Origin: an uncultured cyanobacterium
GTDB taxonomy: Bacteria > Cyanobacteriota > Cyanobacteriia > PCC-9006 > JAAUQQ01
Direction of reading: 5' to 3'
DNA: 64,000 bases
NCBI GenBank assembly: GCA_963718615.1
Contig: OY970368.1
Span: forward strand, 2,400,001-2,464,000
The notes beneath the pieces were generated by a model. It was not told where the DNA came from, searched no databases, and saw only the letters and a program-made list of their open reading frames with translations. The position numbers and the translations under genes are program-made. Positions 29,046 to 38,729 of the stretch are shown here, piece by piece (position 1 is the stretch's first letter; every line of letters begins with the position of its first letter).

Positions 29046-29380
29046 TAGCATTATCAGGACGAAGCACCCCTTCTAAAATCCAACGAAAGGTATCGATAAC
29101 CCAGCAGAGAAAGTCTTTGCCCGAGAATCCACCATCGACCCAAATCCTGGCTAACCATGGAACGCGCTCTCTTTCGTCATCAAGCTTATGGAGCAATTGC
29201 TTGGCCCCTTCTCGCTCTGGAACATTGGCAGTCTCGCCGGAAGCAGGCTCAATAGCAGCCTTCTATGAAGACGACTTTCGTCAAGCGCTACAACTTTTGT
29301 CCTGTACTTAGAAGCCATGGATATTGTAGGCCTTACTGTTGTGGTTCTATTTGTCACAGGTAAGTTTTTGCAGACACTCT
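29046..29380 (-). mobile_element. IS5-family (IS1031-like) transposase remnant with a candidate terminal inverted repeat
   Basis: TANVPEREGAKQLLHKL...LARIWVDGGFSGKDFLCWVIDTFRWILEGVLRP (about 29046-29235); AGAGTGTCTGCAAAAA on the minus strand at 29365-29380 resembles an IS5-type end. Confidence 0.65.
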
Positions 29381-29520
29381 TTAAGACAGAGCCTAAGCCT
29401 AGTCCTGAAGAAGCCTTAGGGAAAGCCTGAGGTCAGTATCTAGAGGCTGGAATCAAGGTTCGGATTGACTCAAAAACAGATTAGACGATGATGAAAATTG
29501 TTAAAGTTAATCTCATATCG

Positions 29521-30726
29521 TCAATCCATGGAAGGCTGTACTGATCCTTCTGGCTGAATGTCTTGACTGAACCAAACATAGACACCATAAATAGCTTGAA
29601 TTCCAATGATAGAAACCAATAAAATCTGTAAGGGAATTGCCCCTAAGCTACTGCCTAGAATACCGCAGCAAATAGCGGCGATCCCACCACTAAGCTTTAG
29701 CAGAGGGCTTAGTTGAGGGTGCGTTGGTTCATGTGTCAAACGCTTTAAGCATTTTTCAAGCAAAGCCATCGATAGGAGGGCAATACTAACCGAGCCCGCC
29801 ATCAACCAACTCACATTGACACTGATGAGATAGTTCTGCTCAGCAATGATGTTTAAGCTTGCTGCTCCTGCTGCTGTAATGGAAATTGCCAAAGGCATAT
29901 GCAAATAGCTCCAGGGAATTGCCCATTGTGCCGAGGGCTTGGGAGGACGGCGTGCAATAAAATCAAAATAAACCCACCAAAGTCCAAATGCTAATGCAAT
30001 TCCTAAAATCCCTGTTATGGCACCGATTAAAGAGAGAGTTTCTCTCTCAGCCATCCCTTGGACAACCCCTACGACAGACTCTCCTAAGACGATGATGATA
30101 AACAAACCATAGCGCTCTGGTAATTTGGAGGAGCTCAGTCTAGGTAATCGAGATTGCTGCTTAAAGGTAGATAGGGGAGTCGCAAGATCAACTAGAAAGC
30201 CAATTCCCCAGAGTATAAATCGATGGGGAGGTGATACAAAGATAGAAAGACAGAATAGTAGGATGCTCAACGAAAAACCAAAGACAAAACGATTTGCTGT
30301 GGGACGAAACTGACGATCATGATACCCAGCTCGCCACCATAGGAAAACCTGTATTATGCGGGAAAGGGCATAGGATAGTCCATAGTGAATAGATGTTTCT
30401 CCTAGGCCGTGATGAGCGAAAATCGCCAGTCCTGCAATCGGAATCATTTGCAGAAAAATAAATAGGCGATGTTCAATCCCTTCGGTTTCGAATCGTTCAA
30501 TATAGTAGGTTGCTCCAATCCAGATCCACCATACTGGAATAAAAAGAAAAATAAACTCTCCTAGTCCTGCCCAGGAAACGTGTTTGGCTAAACTGTGTGA
30601 GAGTTCTGCGATCGCAACGACAAAGTAGAGATCAAAGAACAGTTCAAGCCAGCCTACTTTACGTTCAAGGTCTTGTTCCTCATCGGTGCGTAATTTGGGG
30701 ACTTGCCACCATTCTCGTCGGCTCAT
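29521..30726 (-). CDS. Low temperature requirement protein A (LtrA) family membrane protein
   Basis: RKVGWLELFFDLYFVVAI, WWIW, ERYGLFIIIVLGESV, LWWVYFD, YLHMPL. Confidence 0.92.
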   Translation of the reverse strand: MSRREWWQVPKLRTDEEQDLERKVGWLELFFDLYFVVAIAELSHSLAKHVSWAGLGEFIFLFIPVWWIWIGATYYIERFETEGIEHRLFIFLQMIPIAGLAIFAHHGLGETSIHYGLSYALSRIIQVFLWWRAGYHDRQFRPTANRFVFGFSLSILLFCLSIFVSPPHRFILWGIGFLVDLATPLSTFKQQSRLPRLSSSKLPERYGLFIIIVLGESVVGVVQGMAERETLSLIGAITGILGIALAFGLWWVYFDFIARRPPKPSAQWAIPWSYLHMPLAISITAAGAASLNIIAEQNYLISVNVSWLMAGSVSIALLSMALLEKCLKRLTHEPTHPQLSPLLKLSGGIAAICCGILGSSLGAIPLQILLVSIIGIQAIYGVYVWFSQDIQPEGSVQPSMD

Positions 30727-30844
30727 TTTTTTATGGATTGGGATGTCTTTTACATTATTCTGCCCAGAAACATTCTCTTAGTTTCAATCTTCTGAAGAAT
30801 AAAGAGTCTTGGGTCAGGCTTCAATTAGCTAGTTCAGTCTTTCA

Positions 30845-32341
30845 CTACTTCTGCCGCTCCTTGCTGCGATTACGCAGAGAGTTTGCCTTTGAGGTTAAAT
30901 CCTGAAAAAAATCAGACTCGACAATCTCTTTGACTTGCTTTTGACGCTTCACTTCATCAATTTCAATTTTGAGAGCCTTGACTTGCCTTTTAAGTTGCTG
31001 CTCACGGACTTGAATTTGCTTCGCCATATTTTGAAAAACGCGGGCAAGTTGACCGAGCTCATCCTGGCGATTGACGAGTCTAGAAAGACCTTCTAATTCA
31101 AAGACTTGTAATTCAATTGCTTCTGCTGCCCGAGCAATGGCAAGAATCGGTTGGGCAATGACTCGATCAGATAAGGAAACGGCAAGTCCTGCTGTAGTAA
31201 TTAGAAAAATACTGATTGTAATAACTAGAATATTGCGATCGCGCTGAATTTGACCCATGTAGCTACTGGCCGGTGTAACAGTTCCCACCATCCAATCTAA
31301 ATAACCTAATGATGCCAGCGAAACGTAGTACACATCTCCTGACTCTAGATCAGAGTAACACAGTACTTTTTCTTGAAAATTGTCATCAATGGGAATGTCT
31401 TTAAAGGCTTGATTCGCATGATACAGCAACAAGTTTTGGGTCTCGCTTAACTTGGTTAATTCTGTGTGTATAGAAGTGCGCCTGCTAGAAGAGACGTCAT
31501 GCAGTGCTGTCGATGCTAATAACTCTCTTTCATGATTAAGAATAAAAATCTCTCCATCTCGTTTTCCTTTAAGTTCTTTGATAAGAAACTGCGACAGTTG
31601 ACTCAGCTCAATTCCAACACCTGCGACTCCAATTGTCTCTTCATTTTTCTCTAGAGATATGGTTGCATCAATACCAGGCATACCCGTTGAGCGATAGACA
31701 TACACACTCCAAGCTTGCTGGCCTGGTTTTGATATAGCCGCTTTATACCATGGTCGATCGGGTGAGTAGTAAAAGGGCTGACTCATTAAGCCAGAATATT
31801 CAACAAACCGAGAATTACTTGATAAATCTGTATAGGTCTTAGTCTGCTCATACGTATTTTTTTCGATGTCACTCCAATCTCGAAAGTGACTTCTGAGTTG
31901 ACCATTTGTAAGTCTTTGTGCTCCTAAAAAGTCTCCATTTTTAAATCCAAATTGAACCCAAGTAAAATCGGGATTTGCTTTTAAAAGACTTAAGAAAAAA
32001 GCTTCTCTATCTTTAGGATCTTCAAAGTCAACTAAATCATAGTTAAAACTATTTTGAATGATTTGATTGGCCGCATTAGCGCTGTTTAGTAAGCGCTTTA
32101 CTTCCTGAGATGTTCCTAAAGCAACTTCCTCATTGCTCTGCGTTATAATTGCTTCAATATTTCGTTTGGAAGTAAATGATAAAGGAAGATAGACGATTGA
32201 TGCTGTCGTTGTGACAGTTATTAAAATCATCCCAACCAAAGAAGCCTTTATTCCCAGCGTCTTTCTTTTAGAAAAATCGATAGATCTTAGATGAAAAATA
32301 TCCTGAAAGTTCATAATGAAAAGGCCTGATAAATGCACCAA
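30845..32341 (-). CDS. Membrane sensor: TM-dCache-TM-HAMP with a short C-terminal coiled-coil tail and no enzymatic output domain
   Basis: Two TMs; Cache YSPDRPWYKAA...WSVY; HAMP PILAIARAAEAIE...RQDELGQLARVFQNMA; tail LKIEIDEVKRQKQVKEIVESDFFQDL. Confidence 0.85.
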   Translation of the reverse strand: MVHLSGLFIMNFQDIFHLRSIDFSKRKTLGIKASLVGMILITVTTTASIVYLPLSFTSKRNIEAIITQSNEEVALGTSQEVKRLLNSANAANQIIQNSFNYDLVDFEDPKDREAFFLSLLKANPDFTWVQFGFKNGDFLGAQRLTNGQLRSHFRDWSDIEKNTYEQTKTYTDLSSNSRFVEYSGLMSQPFYYSPDRPWYKAAISKPGQQAWSVYVYRSTGMPGIDATISLEKNEETIGVAGVGIELSQLSQFLIKELKGKRDGEIFILNHERELLASTALHDVSSSRRTSIHTELTKLSETQNLLLYHANQAFKDIPIDDNFQEKVLCYSDLESGDVYYVSLASLGYLDWMVGTVTPASSYMGQIQRDRNILVITISIFLITTAGLAVSLSDRVIAQPILAIARAAEAIELQVFELEGLSRLVNRQDELGQLARVFQNMAKQIQVREQQLKRQVKALKIEIDEVKRQKQVKEIVESDFFQDLTSKANSLRNRSKERQK

Positions 32342-32382
32342 AATTAATCCTAGCTGAGAAAGTTATTTTTTAGAAAATACAC

Positions 32383-33717
32383 CTAAGTTCCATAGGGGAT
32401 AGTTATATTAGGCTTCAAATCCGCTTCGTCTTCAATTTCAGCAACTACCGTTGTTACAGCCATAGCTGTATGAACAATTCCCAATGTTCTAATTGGATCA
32501 ATCAGCGGATCAACAGCGATAAATAAAACGAGCACTGCTTCCACGGGTAGATTCAGTGGCTCAAGAACGATGTTAAGCATGTTTAGCGTTAGAATTCCGG
32601 TTACTCCGGAGGTCGAAATTCCTGCTAAAATTGAGCAAAGAATAACGATAATAAATTCTATAATTTCAAAAGATTTGTTGTAAAGCTGAGCCACAAAAAT
32701 TGATGCTAATGCAAAGTATGTTACGGAACCAAATCGACAAAGAGTTAAGGCAAGAGGAGTTACTAGATTTATGGTTTGACGGTCAAACTTTAGCTTTTCG
32801 CTGAGTGTAGAAATTGCAGAAGGTAAGCAAGAAAAGCTACTTGAAGTAGCCAGTGACAAGATACTTGGCTCACGTAGTGCAGATATAACTCTCATGAATG
32901 GTAAGCGAGCCTTCTGCCAGATAACAATTGTACCCGCTGCATAGATCGCAAAAAAAGTGGCAATGGTAACTAAAATAAAGTTAAACATTAAGGTAACAAT
33001 TTCTAGGCCTTGCTTAGAAAGTTGATAGCTTAATAAGCTAAAGAGTCCAAACGGCAGTAAAAGTGTTAACCACTGCATTAGTTGATTAAAACTTTTAAAA
33101 ATGCTGTCTAGGATAATAAAGAAAGACTCTGTAAGCCTTTTGTTGAGCAGTCCTAAGGAAACTCCAAAAATAATAGAGAAGCAAAGAACTTTTAATGTGT
33201 TTCCTTCGCTTAAGGCACTAAAAATATTTTCTGGAATTAGATTGTTTAAAAATAAAGAGAGTTCTGTTTGCTCGTTTAGAAGCGTAGGTGAAGAAGAATT
33301 TAAAGAAATTTCTAAATCGATACCAGAGGTGTTAACGAGAACACCTAATTTCGATAGTGTTTCTGCACTGAGATTTTTTCCAGGTCCAGAGATAGAAGCC
33401 ATCAAGCTTGCAAAACAGCTCACTAGCAACAAGCTTGCTAGAAAAGCGATCGCCATGCGACGAATATATCTCTTGGCATCTTGACTACCCATCAGACGTC
33501 CAACGCTACCTGTAATTGCTGATAACAAAATAGGTAGAACACACATTTTTAGCAATCCCAAGTAGACTTCTCCGATAGGAGACATCGACATAGCAAATTT
33601 AGGGTAAGAGCTGCCAACGTAGATAGCAAGTATGACGCTGATCATAATAGCTAATGGACTACGCAGCCAAGCTAAAAATAAGACGAAGTTAAATCTAAGG
33701 TATCGATGGGTAATCAT
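32383..33717 (-). CDS. Dicarboxylate/amino acid:cation symporter (DAACS)
   Basis: GEVYLGLLKMCVLP, NLIPENIFSAL, LPFGLF, ATSSSFSCLP (serine-rich motif), DPLIDPIRT. Confidence 0.9.
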   Translation of the reverse strand: MITHRYLRFNFVLFLAWLRSPLAIMISVILAIYVGSSYPKFAMSMSPIGEVYLGLLKMCVLPILLSAITGSVGRLMGSQDAKRYIRRMAIAFLASLLLVSCFASLMASISGPGKNLSAETLSKLGVLVNTSGIDLEISLNSSSPTLLNEQTELSLFLNNLIPENIFSALSEGNTLKVLCFSIIFGVSLGLLNKRLTESFFIILDSIFKSFNQLMQWLTLLLPFGLFSLLSYQLSKQGLEIVTLMFNFILVTIATFFAIYAAGTIVIWQKARLPFMRVISALREPSILSLATSSSFSCLPSAISTLSEKLKFDRQTINLVTPLALTLCRFGSVTYFALASIFVAQLYNKSFEIIEFIIVILCSILAGISTSGVTGILTLNMLNIVLEPLNLPVEAVLVLFIAVDPLIDPIRTLGIVHTAMAVTTVVAEIEDEADLKPNITIPYGT

Positions 33718-33750
33718 GGTCTTTCTGCAAGAAACTAGTGGGGCTAAAAG

Positions 33751-34998
33751 TCAAAGAGAGGCTTCATGTGCATTAAAATAGTCAGAATATTTCTCTAGTA
33801 AGCTATCAGCCGTATGCTTAATTTCTGCCGTATCAATATATTGATTAACGAAGGAAAGTAGATGTCCACTATCCCAGGGAAGAACAATTGCAATAGGATC
33901 ACGGGTATCGATTAAAGCAACTGTCTGAAATCGTAGTGCAGCGTCCGGCTTACCAAGAACGATCTTTTTAACTTCAAGCTCATCTCGGTATGCAGCTAGG
34001 ATAATTCCGTCTGTTACAGCTTTGACAACGTCTGGCCACGAAGAGAACTCAACAACTTTTGCATGAGGAAATTTATGTTTGGCAAAGTCTACATAGGAAG
34101 AACCTTGGATAACTCCAATTTTTCCATCCAGTGTCCGTAAAACTTCTTCCATGTTTTTACCCTTCGCTTTTTTTGCTAGCTGTAGGCGATCGACTAATAG
34201 CCCCTGACGCATCTCAAGATAGGGTAGAGAAAATCGAGCCTGTTGCCCCCGTTTTAGAGTACGGCTAATTTTCGAGATTGCAAGGTCTACTTCATGGCTA
34301 TAGACTTTATCAAGTACTTCATCAAATGTTGTTGAATCACGGTTAAACTCTAGCTTAACATCTAGCTGATCGGCAATATCCGTAGCCATTTGTATATCAG
34401 AACCAGTTAAAGTTCCATCTTTTCCTAACATAAAAAAAGGTGGAGTATCTCTTCCTAAAATTGCGACAGTAAGTTTACCTCTATCTAAGATATGCTGGAT
34501 ATCTGGAGGCATAGATAGTTGTTTGTTTGTCGTTGTAGAATCAGTAGGAGAGTTGTCCGAGTTTGTAGATAAATTAGTTCTGGAGTCTTGTCTTATCTGT
34601 AAATTTGTTTTCTGTTGAAGTCGAGACAGCGTAATGGGGCCAACAAGCCCATCAATATTGATATTTTCTGATTTTTGAAACTGGCGAACAGCTTGATCAG
34701 TTTTATAATCAAATAAGCCAGGAGTTTGATCCTCTATATCATAACCTAGTTTTTTCAACTGCTGCTGAAGTTGTTGGATCTCTAGACCCTGATCGTTAAA
34801 CTGTAAGAATTCTATTTTAGATAAGGATGATGCTGGAAGAATTTGAGAACTCGCTATAGTACTTTGATGATTATCGGAAGATATGCCCATTCCTAAGCTT
34901 AGAGATTGCTGGGCAAGCGTAAAAGATGCAATCCCAATTGATATCAATACAATGATTGCTAATCTTAGTTTACGATTTCGTAAATTTTTGCTTAACAT
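33751..34998 (-). CDS. Peptidoglycan-binding domain + family-3 amino-acid substrate-binding protein
   Basis: N-terminal TM/signal; PG_binding_1 (LQQQLKKLGY...GLFDYKTDQAVRQFQ...DGLVGPITL); SBP_bac_3 (RGKLTVA...PPFF...G.DI..A..IA..L.V...DLAISKISRTLKR...FSLPY). Confidence 0.85.
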   Translation of the reverse strand: MLSKNLRNRKLRLAIIVLISIGIASFTLAQQSLSLGMGISSDNHQSTIASSQILPASSLSKIEFLQFNDQGLEIQQLQQQLKKLGYDIEDQTPGLFDYKTDQAVRQFQKSENINIDGLVGPITLSRLQQKTNLQIRQDSRTNLSTNSDNSPTDSTTTNKQLSMPPDIQHILDRGKLTVAILGRDTPPFFMLGKDGTLTGSDIQMATDIADQLDVKLEFNRDSTTFDEVLDKVYSHEVDLAISKISRTLKRGQQARFSLPYLEMRQGLLVDRLQLAKKAKGKNMEEVLRTLDGKIGVIQGSSYVDFAKHKFPHAKVVEFSSWPDVVKAVTDGIILAAYRDELEVKKIVLGKPDAALRFQTVALIDTRDPIAIVLPWDSGHLLSFVNQYIDTAEIKHTADSLLEKYSDYFNAHEASL

Positions 34999-35039
34999 TG
35001 AAAAAAATCGATGTAATATGGATAAGCTTTGAAATTCAT

Positions 35040-35846
35040 TTAGGCGCTTAAGACCTTTGGCATTGAAGATATTCCATAGGCTAAATCTAGTGATAAATCA
35101 GCGATAATATCCAATGGGTCGACCCAGGGAATAGAAATGCTAGTGAGTTGAGAAAAGGCGACTGAAAGCTCCGTGCATCCAGCTATGATCAGATCAGCAT
35201 TTTGCTGCTGAAGCCACTCGATAGCTTGAGAGATGATATTGAGTGCATTCTCAGAAATCTGTAATCCAGTCGTTTTTATGCCCCATCCTGGTGCATAAAT
35301 GCTTTGCATTACTTGCTGTTGTAAAAGTGTGTCTAATCTAGGCTCGATACTGCTTAAGCCAACATTCGCTAAACTTTTTTGATAAAGCTTTGCGTAAAGT
35401 GTTCCATCTGTTGCTAGTATTCCTATTCGCTTGGCCGTAGGATAAGTTTCCCGAATAAAATCAGCAGTATGCTGCATGAGGTGTAGCCAAGGAATTTCTA
35501 GACGAGATTGAACTTGAGGATAAAAAGCGTGGGCTGTATTACATGGAACGATTAAAAAGTTGCTACCTGCCTTCTGAAGTAGCTGAGTATAGTACAAAAG
35601 GGCAGGCAGAGGACTCGGTCCTCCTCGGCGTAGGGCCATGCTGCGGTCAGGGATGTTTGACGCTGAAAAAAGCATCCAGGAGGGATAGTCTTGGTCACAT
35701 TTAGTCTGACTCCGTTCTTGTCTTTTGCTCAATAATCGGCGCTCAAACTCAATGTGAGCAAGTGGTCCTAATCCACCTAAAATGCCAGGTAGCAAAATTT
35801 GTGGTGCGGAAGTACCTAAAAACTTTTCTGGAGCTAGAAGATCCAT
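35040..35846 (-). CDS. Aspartate/glutamate racemase family protein
   Basis: GILGGLGPLA, IPDRS, catalytic VPCNTAH and AGCTEL, GILATDGT. Confidence 0.92.
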   Translation of the reverse strand: MDLLAPEKFLGTSAPQILLPGILGGLGPLAHIEFERRLLSKRQERSQTKCDQDYPSWMLFSASNIPDRSMALRRGGPSPLPALLYYTQLLQKAGSNFLIVPCNTAHAFYPQVQSRLEIPWLHLMQHTADFIRETYPTAKRIGILATDGTLYAKLYQKSLANVGLSSIEPRLDTLLQQQVMQSIYAPGWGIKTTGLQISENALNIISQAIEWLQQQNADLIIAGCTELSVAFSQLTSISIPWVDPLDIIADLSLDLAYGISSMPKVLSA

Positions 35847-36115
35847 TTTTATATACCTCCATATAAGCGCTGTCCCAAGTCAACTGGATTTACAAAGGCT
35901 TTAATGAGAACAGATTTATGCGATCAGTTAGTATGTGATAGCGTCAAAATTGACTTTGCCTTACAGTTTAGAATTCCCATCTAAGAGCTTAACTCAACAA
36001 TTTTAGAGTAACGCAATATTATTCTGACAATAAGGCTAGTTTCTGTATGAATAAGGCGATGGTTAGTCGAATTTTAACTTGAAGATAATTTCAAAAAATA
36101 TGTTGATTTACTACA

Positions 36116-36388
36116 CTACTCTAGTGCGTCCCATATTTTCTGTGGAACCTTTCGATTCAATCGAGTTCGTATTGTTGTTTTATAATGTCCGTTTTGGATG
36201 TCTTTATAGATAAACCCATCTAGAATTAGTTCTTCTAAAAGAGGAAGAAGTGTTTGTCTATTCTGTTGTAATTGCTCTGATAGTTGATCAATACTGGCTT
36301 CTCTATTGCGAAGAATCCAGTTGACTAACAACCGTTGGGTCTCGGCTAATGTCAAAACATCAGTCATTGTACGGATAGGCGTCGACAT
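36116..36388 (-). CDS. Small winged-helix-like protein
   Basis: DVLTLAETQRLLVNWILR...SIDQLSEQL......LLEELILDGFI; basic tail RTRLNRKVPQKIWDALE. Confidence 0.65.
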   Translation of the reverse strand: MSTPIRTMTDVLTLAETQRLLVNWILRNREASIDQLSEQLQQNRQTLLPLLEELILDGFIYKDIQNGHYKTTIRTRLNRKVPQKIWDALE

Positions 36389-36442
36389 GATATCGATTGT
36401 CTTGTATATAAGACTACCTTTGAGTTGGAACTATATGAATTT

Positions 36443-37216
36443 CTAATCTAGAAGAAGCTTTGCAATGTGTTGAACTTCTTGACTAAAATCATGCTCAGGA
36501 TAGTGTAGGCAAAAAATTCCACTGCTGGCTAGTTGAAGCATCTCGTCATTTTCATAGAAGAGCCCAGCCATGGGAACTCCGTATCGTTCATAGACTTGAG
36601 TCTCTAAAGATTCTCTGCCAAATATCTTAGGAGCCTTGTTGAGTAATAGCATGAGATTAGGAACGTTGAGTTTTTGTGCTACCTCTAATGTAACGGCTGT
36701 TCCTAAGAAATCTTGTCGGTCAGGCCGTAAAACAATGATAGCTGAGTCCGAAATGGCGATAGATAAAAGGGTTTCTTCATTTAGGCCAGGGTGTGTATCA
36801 ATGAAGAGAAAATCTAAATCTAGAGAATCAATTAAATCATGAAAGCCGTCGTTGAGGAGGCCAACGTCAAACCCTTCTCTTAAGACTTTAGCGATTTCTC
36901 CTGCTTTAATGCTAGATGGAACTAGATAAATATCTCCGGCTATTTGGGCGATGTTTCCATCTGCTGTTTTTAGATTATCTGTAACGTTATAGGCAGTCTT
37001 TTCTAGAGAACATTTTCCCCAAAGATAATCATTTAAAGAATAGATAAACTCATCTTCATCTAATCCAAAAATAACGTGAATTCCAGGAGATTGAATGTCA
37101 GTATCGACAATTCCGACTCGCTTTCCTTGCTGGGCAACTGCTACAGACAAGTTGGCTGTTAGGTTGGATTTTCCAGTACCTCCGCGAAAGGAGTGAATAG
37201 AAACAATTTGTGCCAT
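36443..37216 (-). CDS. MinD/ParA-family ATPase (RGGTGKS variant)
   Basis: IVSIHSFRGGTGKS, VDTDIQSPG, IDTHPGLNEE, LLLNK; no C-terminal amphipathic membrane-targeting helix evident. Confidence 0.9.
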   Translation of the reverse strand: MAQIVSIHSFRGGTGKSNLTANLSVAVAQQGKRVGIVDTDIQSPGIHVIFGLDEDEFIYSLNDYLWGKCSLEKTAYNVTDNLKTADGNIAQIAGDIYLVPSSIKAGEIAKVLREGFDVGLLNDGFHDLIDSLDLDFLFIDTHPGLNEETLLSIAISDSAIIVLRPDRQDFLGTAVTLEVAQKLNVPNLMLLLNKAPKIFGRESLETQVYERYGVPMAGLFYENDEMLQLASSGIFCLHYPEHDFSQEVQHIAKLLLD

Positions 37217-37247
37217 GATTTTTTAATCTGAATAAGATTCCTGTATA

Positions 37248-38720
37248 TTACAATGTACGCCGGACAGCTAACATTGTGATGTCATCAAACTGAGCAGCAT
37301 CGGCGATGTGCGATCGCACAGCTTGTTCTACTTTCTCCAGTGTTTCCTGAGCAGACTGTGTCTGATTTTCTAACAAGGCAAATAGTCGCTCGTCAGAAAA
37401 CATTTTTCCGTTAGGTGCGTGTGCCTCTGGTACTCCATCTGTGTAACTAAAAAGCATATCACCAGGCTCAAGATGAGCCTGGTCAATTTGAAATTCCATA
37501 TTTGGCATCATGCCTACAGCTGGACCTGTAGGCTGAAGATGGCATTTGATTCCATCGGGACCACAGATAAGTGGTGCTTCATGACCACCATTAATATAAA
37601 TAATATCACCGGTATTTGGGTCTAAAACACCAAAAAACATCGTTGCAAACATGTTAGTGCGAAAATGGGTTTCGGCAATATAGTTATTGGTAATGGTAAT
37701 AGCATTCTGAAGTGCTTGGGTACCTGTACGTGGAATTCGCAAACGCCGTTTCTGTTCCAAAGACTGTTTTTTTGGCGTAGATTCTTCGGTTGTGAGCTGA
37801 TCTAGAAGCCCTAGTGAATAGGTTTGTCGTGCCAACGTTCGAACTAAGGTTCGGAAGAGAGACATAAATAAGGCTGCACCCACTCCTTTGTCGCATACGT
37901 CTGCAATAACAATACCAATACGACCATTGGGCATTGAAAACGCATCATAAAAGTCTCCTGCTACATCCCGAGCTGGATGGAAGCAAGCGGCAATTTCCCA
38001 CCCCGGAGCTTCCGGTAATGTCTCTGGTAGAAAGTCAAGTTGTATCTGGCGACCAATTTGTAGATCTCGCTCGCTTTTTAAAAAATCGGCTTGTTGATTT
38101 AGTAAAAGTCGATTATTAAGTGCTGCTGCTGATTGAATAGATAACCACTGAGCTAACTGTTGATGATACTCGCTAAACGGAACGATCTCATGGTTTGAAT
38201 TTTTAGCATTAAACAATTGTAGAACTGCGATCGCCTTTCCCTGAGAATCTTTCAGCGGAATCGTCAAACAAGAGAGCGTTTGATAATGATGTTTAGCATC
38301 CATCATTTGAATTGCTGCACAAAAAGTTGTTTGTTCTTGTGCCAGATTGGCGATATGAAGACTTTTATCTAATTCTACAACTTGCGTTGCCAGCGTAGAG
38401 AGATTAGGAGTACCATCCGCATGGCTTAGCGGTAGGGGTGGGAAATGATAATATTCAAATGATACTTTACTGTTATCAGGATTAAGCGTGTAATTGCATT
38501 GGGCGATTATTTCTAAATAATTTTCTTTTCTTAAATAGATACATCCTGCATCGGCATTGCAGATTTTTTGAGCTTCCTGAAGAACTACTTCTACCAAACG
38601 ATTACAGTCTGTCTCTGCTGATAAAGAGACACCTAAGGGAAGAATAACTTCGGTCAATGCGAGGGCAAATTGCTGAACCTCTGGCATTGTTGATGTATTG
38701 GAGGGGATAAGGTTTGGCAT
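37248..38720 (-). CDS. GAF + PP2C/SpoIIE Ser/Thr phosphatase (RsbU/IcfG-like)
   Basis: GAF (ADAGCIYL...LTIPLKD...VLQLFN); IGRQIQLDFLP, VAGDFYD, IADVCDKGVGAALFM, NGGHEAP, YTDGVPEA, FDDIT. Confidence 0.92.
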   Translation of the reverse strand: MPNLIPSNTSTMPEVQQFALALTEVILPLGVSLSAETDCNRLVEVVLQEAQKICNADAGCIYLRKENYLEIIAQCNYTLNPDNSKVSFEYYHFPPLPLSHADGTPNLSTLATQVVELDKSLHIANLAQEQTTFCAAIQMMDAKHHYQTLSCLTIPLKDSQGKAIAVLQLFNAKNSNHEIVPFSEYHQQLAQWLSIQSAAALNNRLLLNQQADFLKSERDLQIGRQIQLDFLPETLPEAPGWEIAACFHPARDVAGDFYDAFSMPNGRIGIVIADVCDKGVGAALFMSLFRTLVRTLARQTYSLGLLDQLTTEESTPKKQSLEQKRRLRIPRTGTQALQNAITITNNYIAETHFRTNMFATMFFGVLDPNTGDIIYINGGHEAPLICGPDGIKCHLQPTGPAVGMMPNMEFQIDQAHLEPGDMLFSYTDGVPEAHAPNGKMFSDERLFALLENQTQSAQETLEKVEQAVRSHIADAAQFDDITMLAVRRTL

Positions 38721-38729
38721 AGGAAAATA

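Noticed and set aside
36443-37216. Cell-division minD or plasmid parA
   Set aside because: No minC/minE/parB, R instead of the signature K, no membrane-targeting tail; gene symbol withheld
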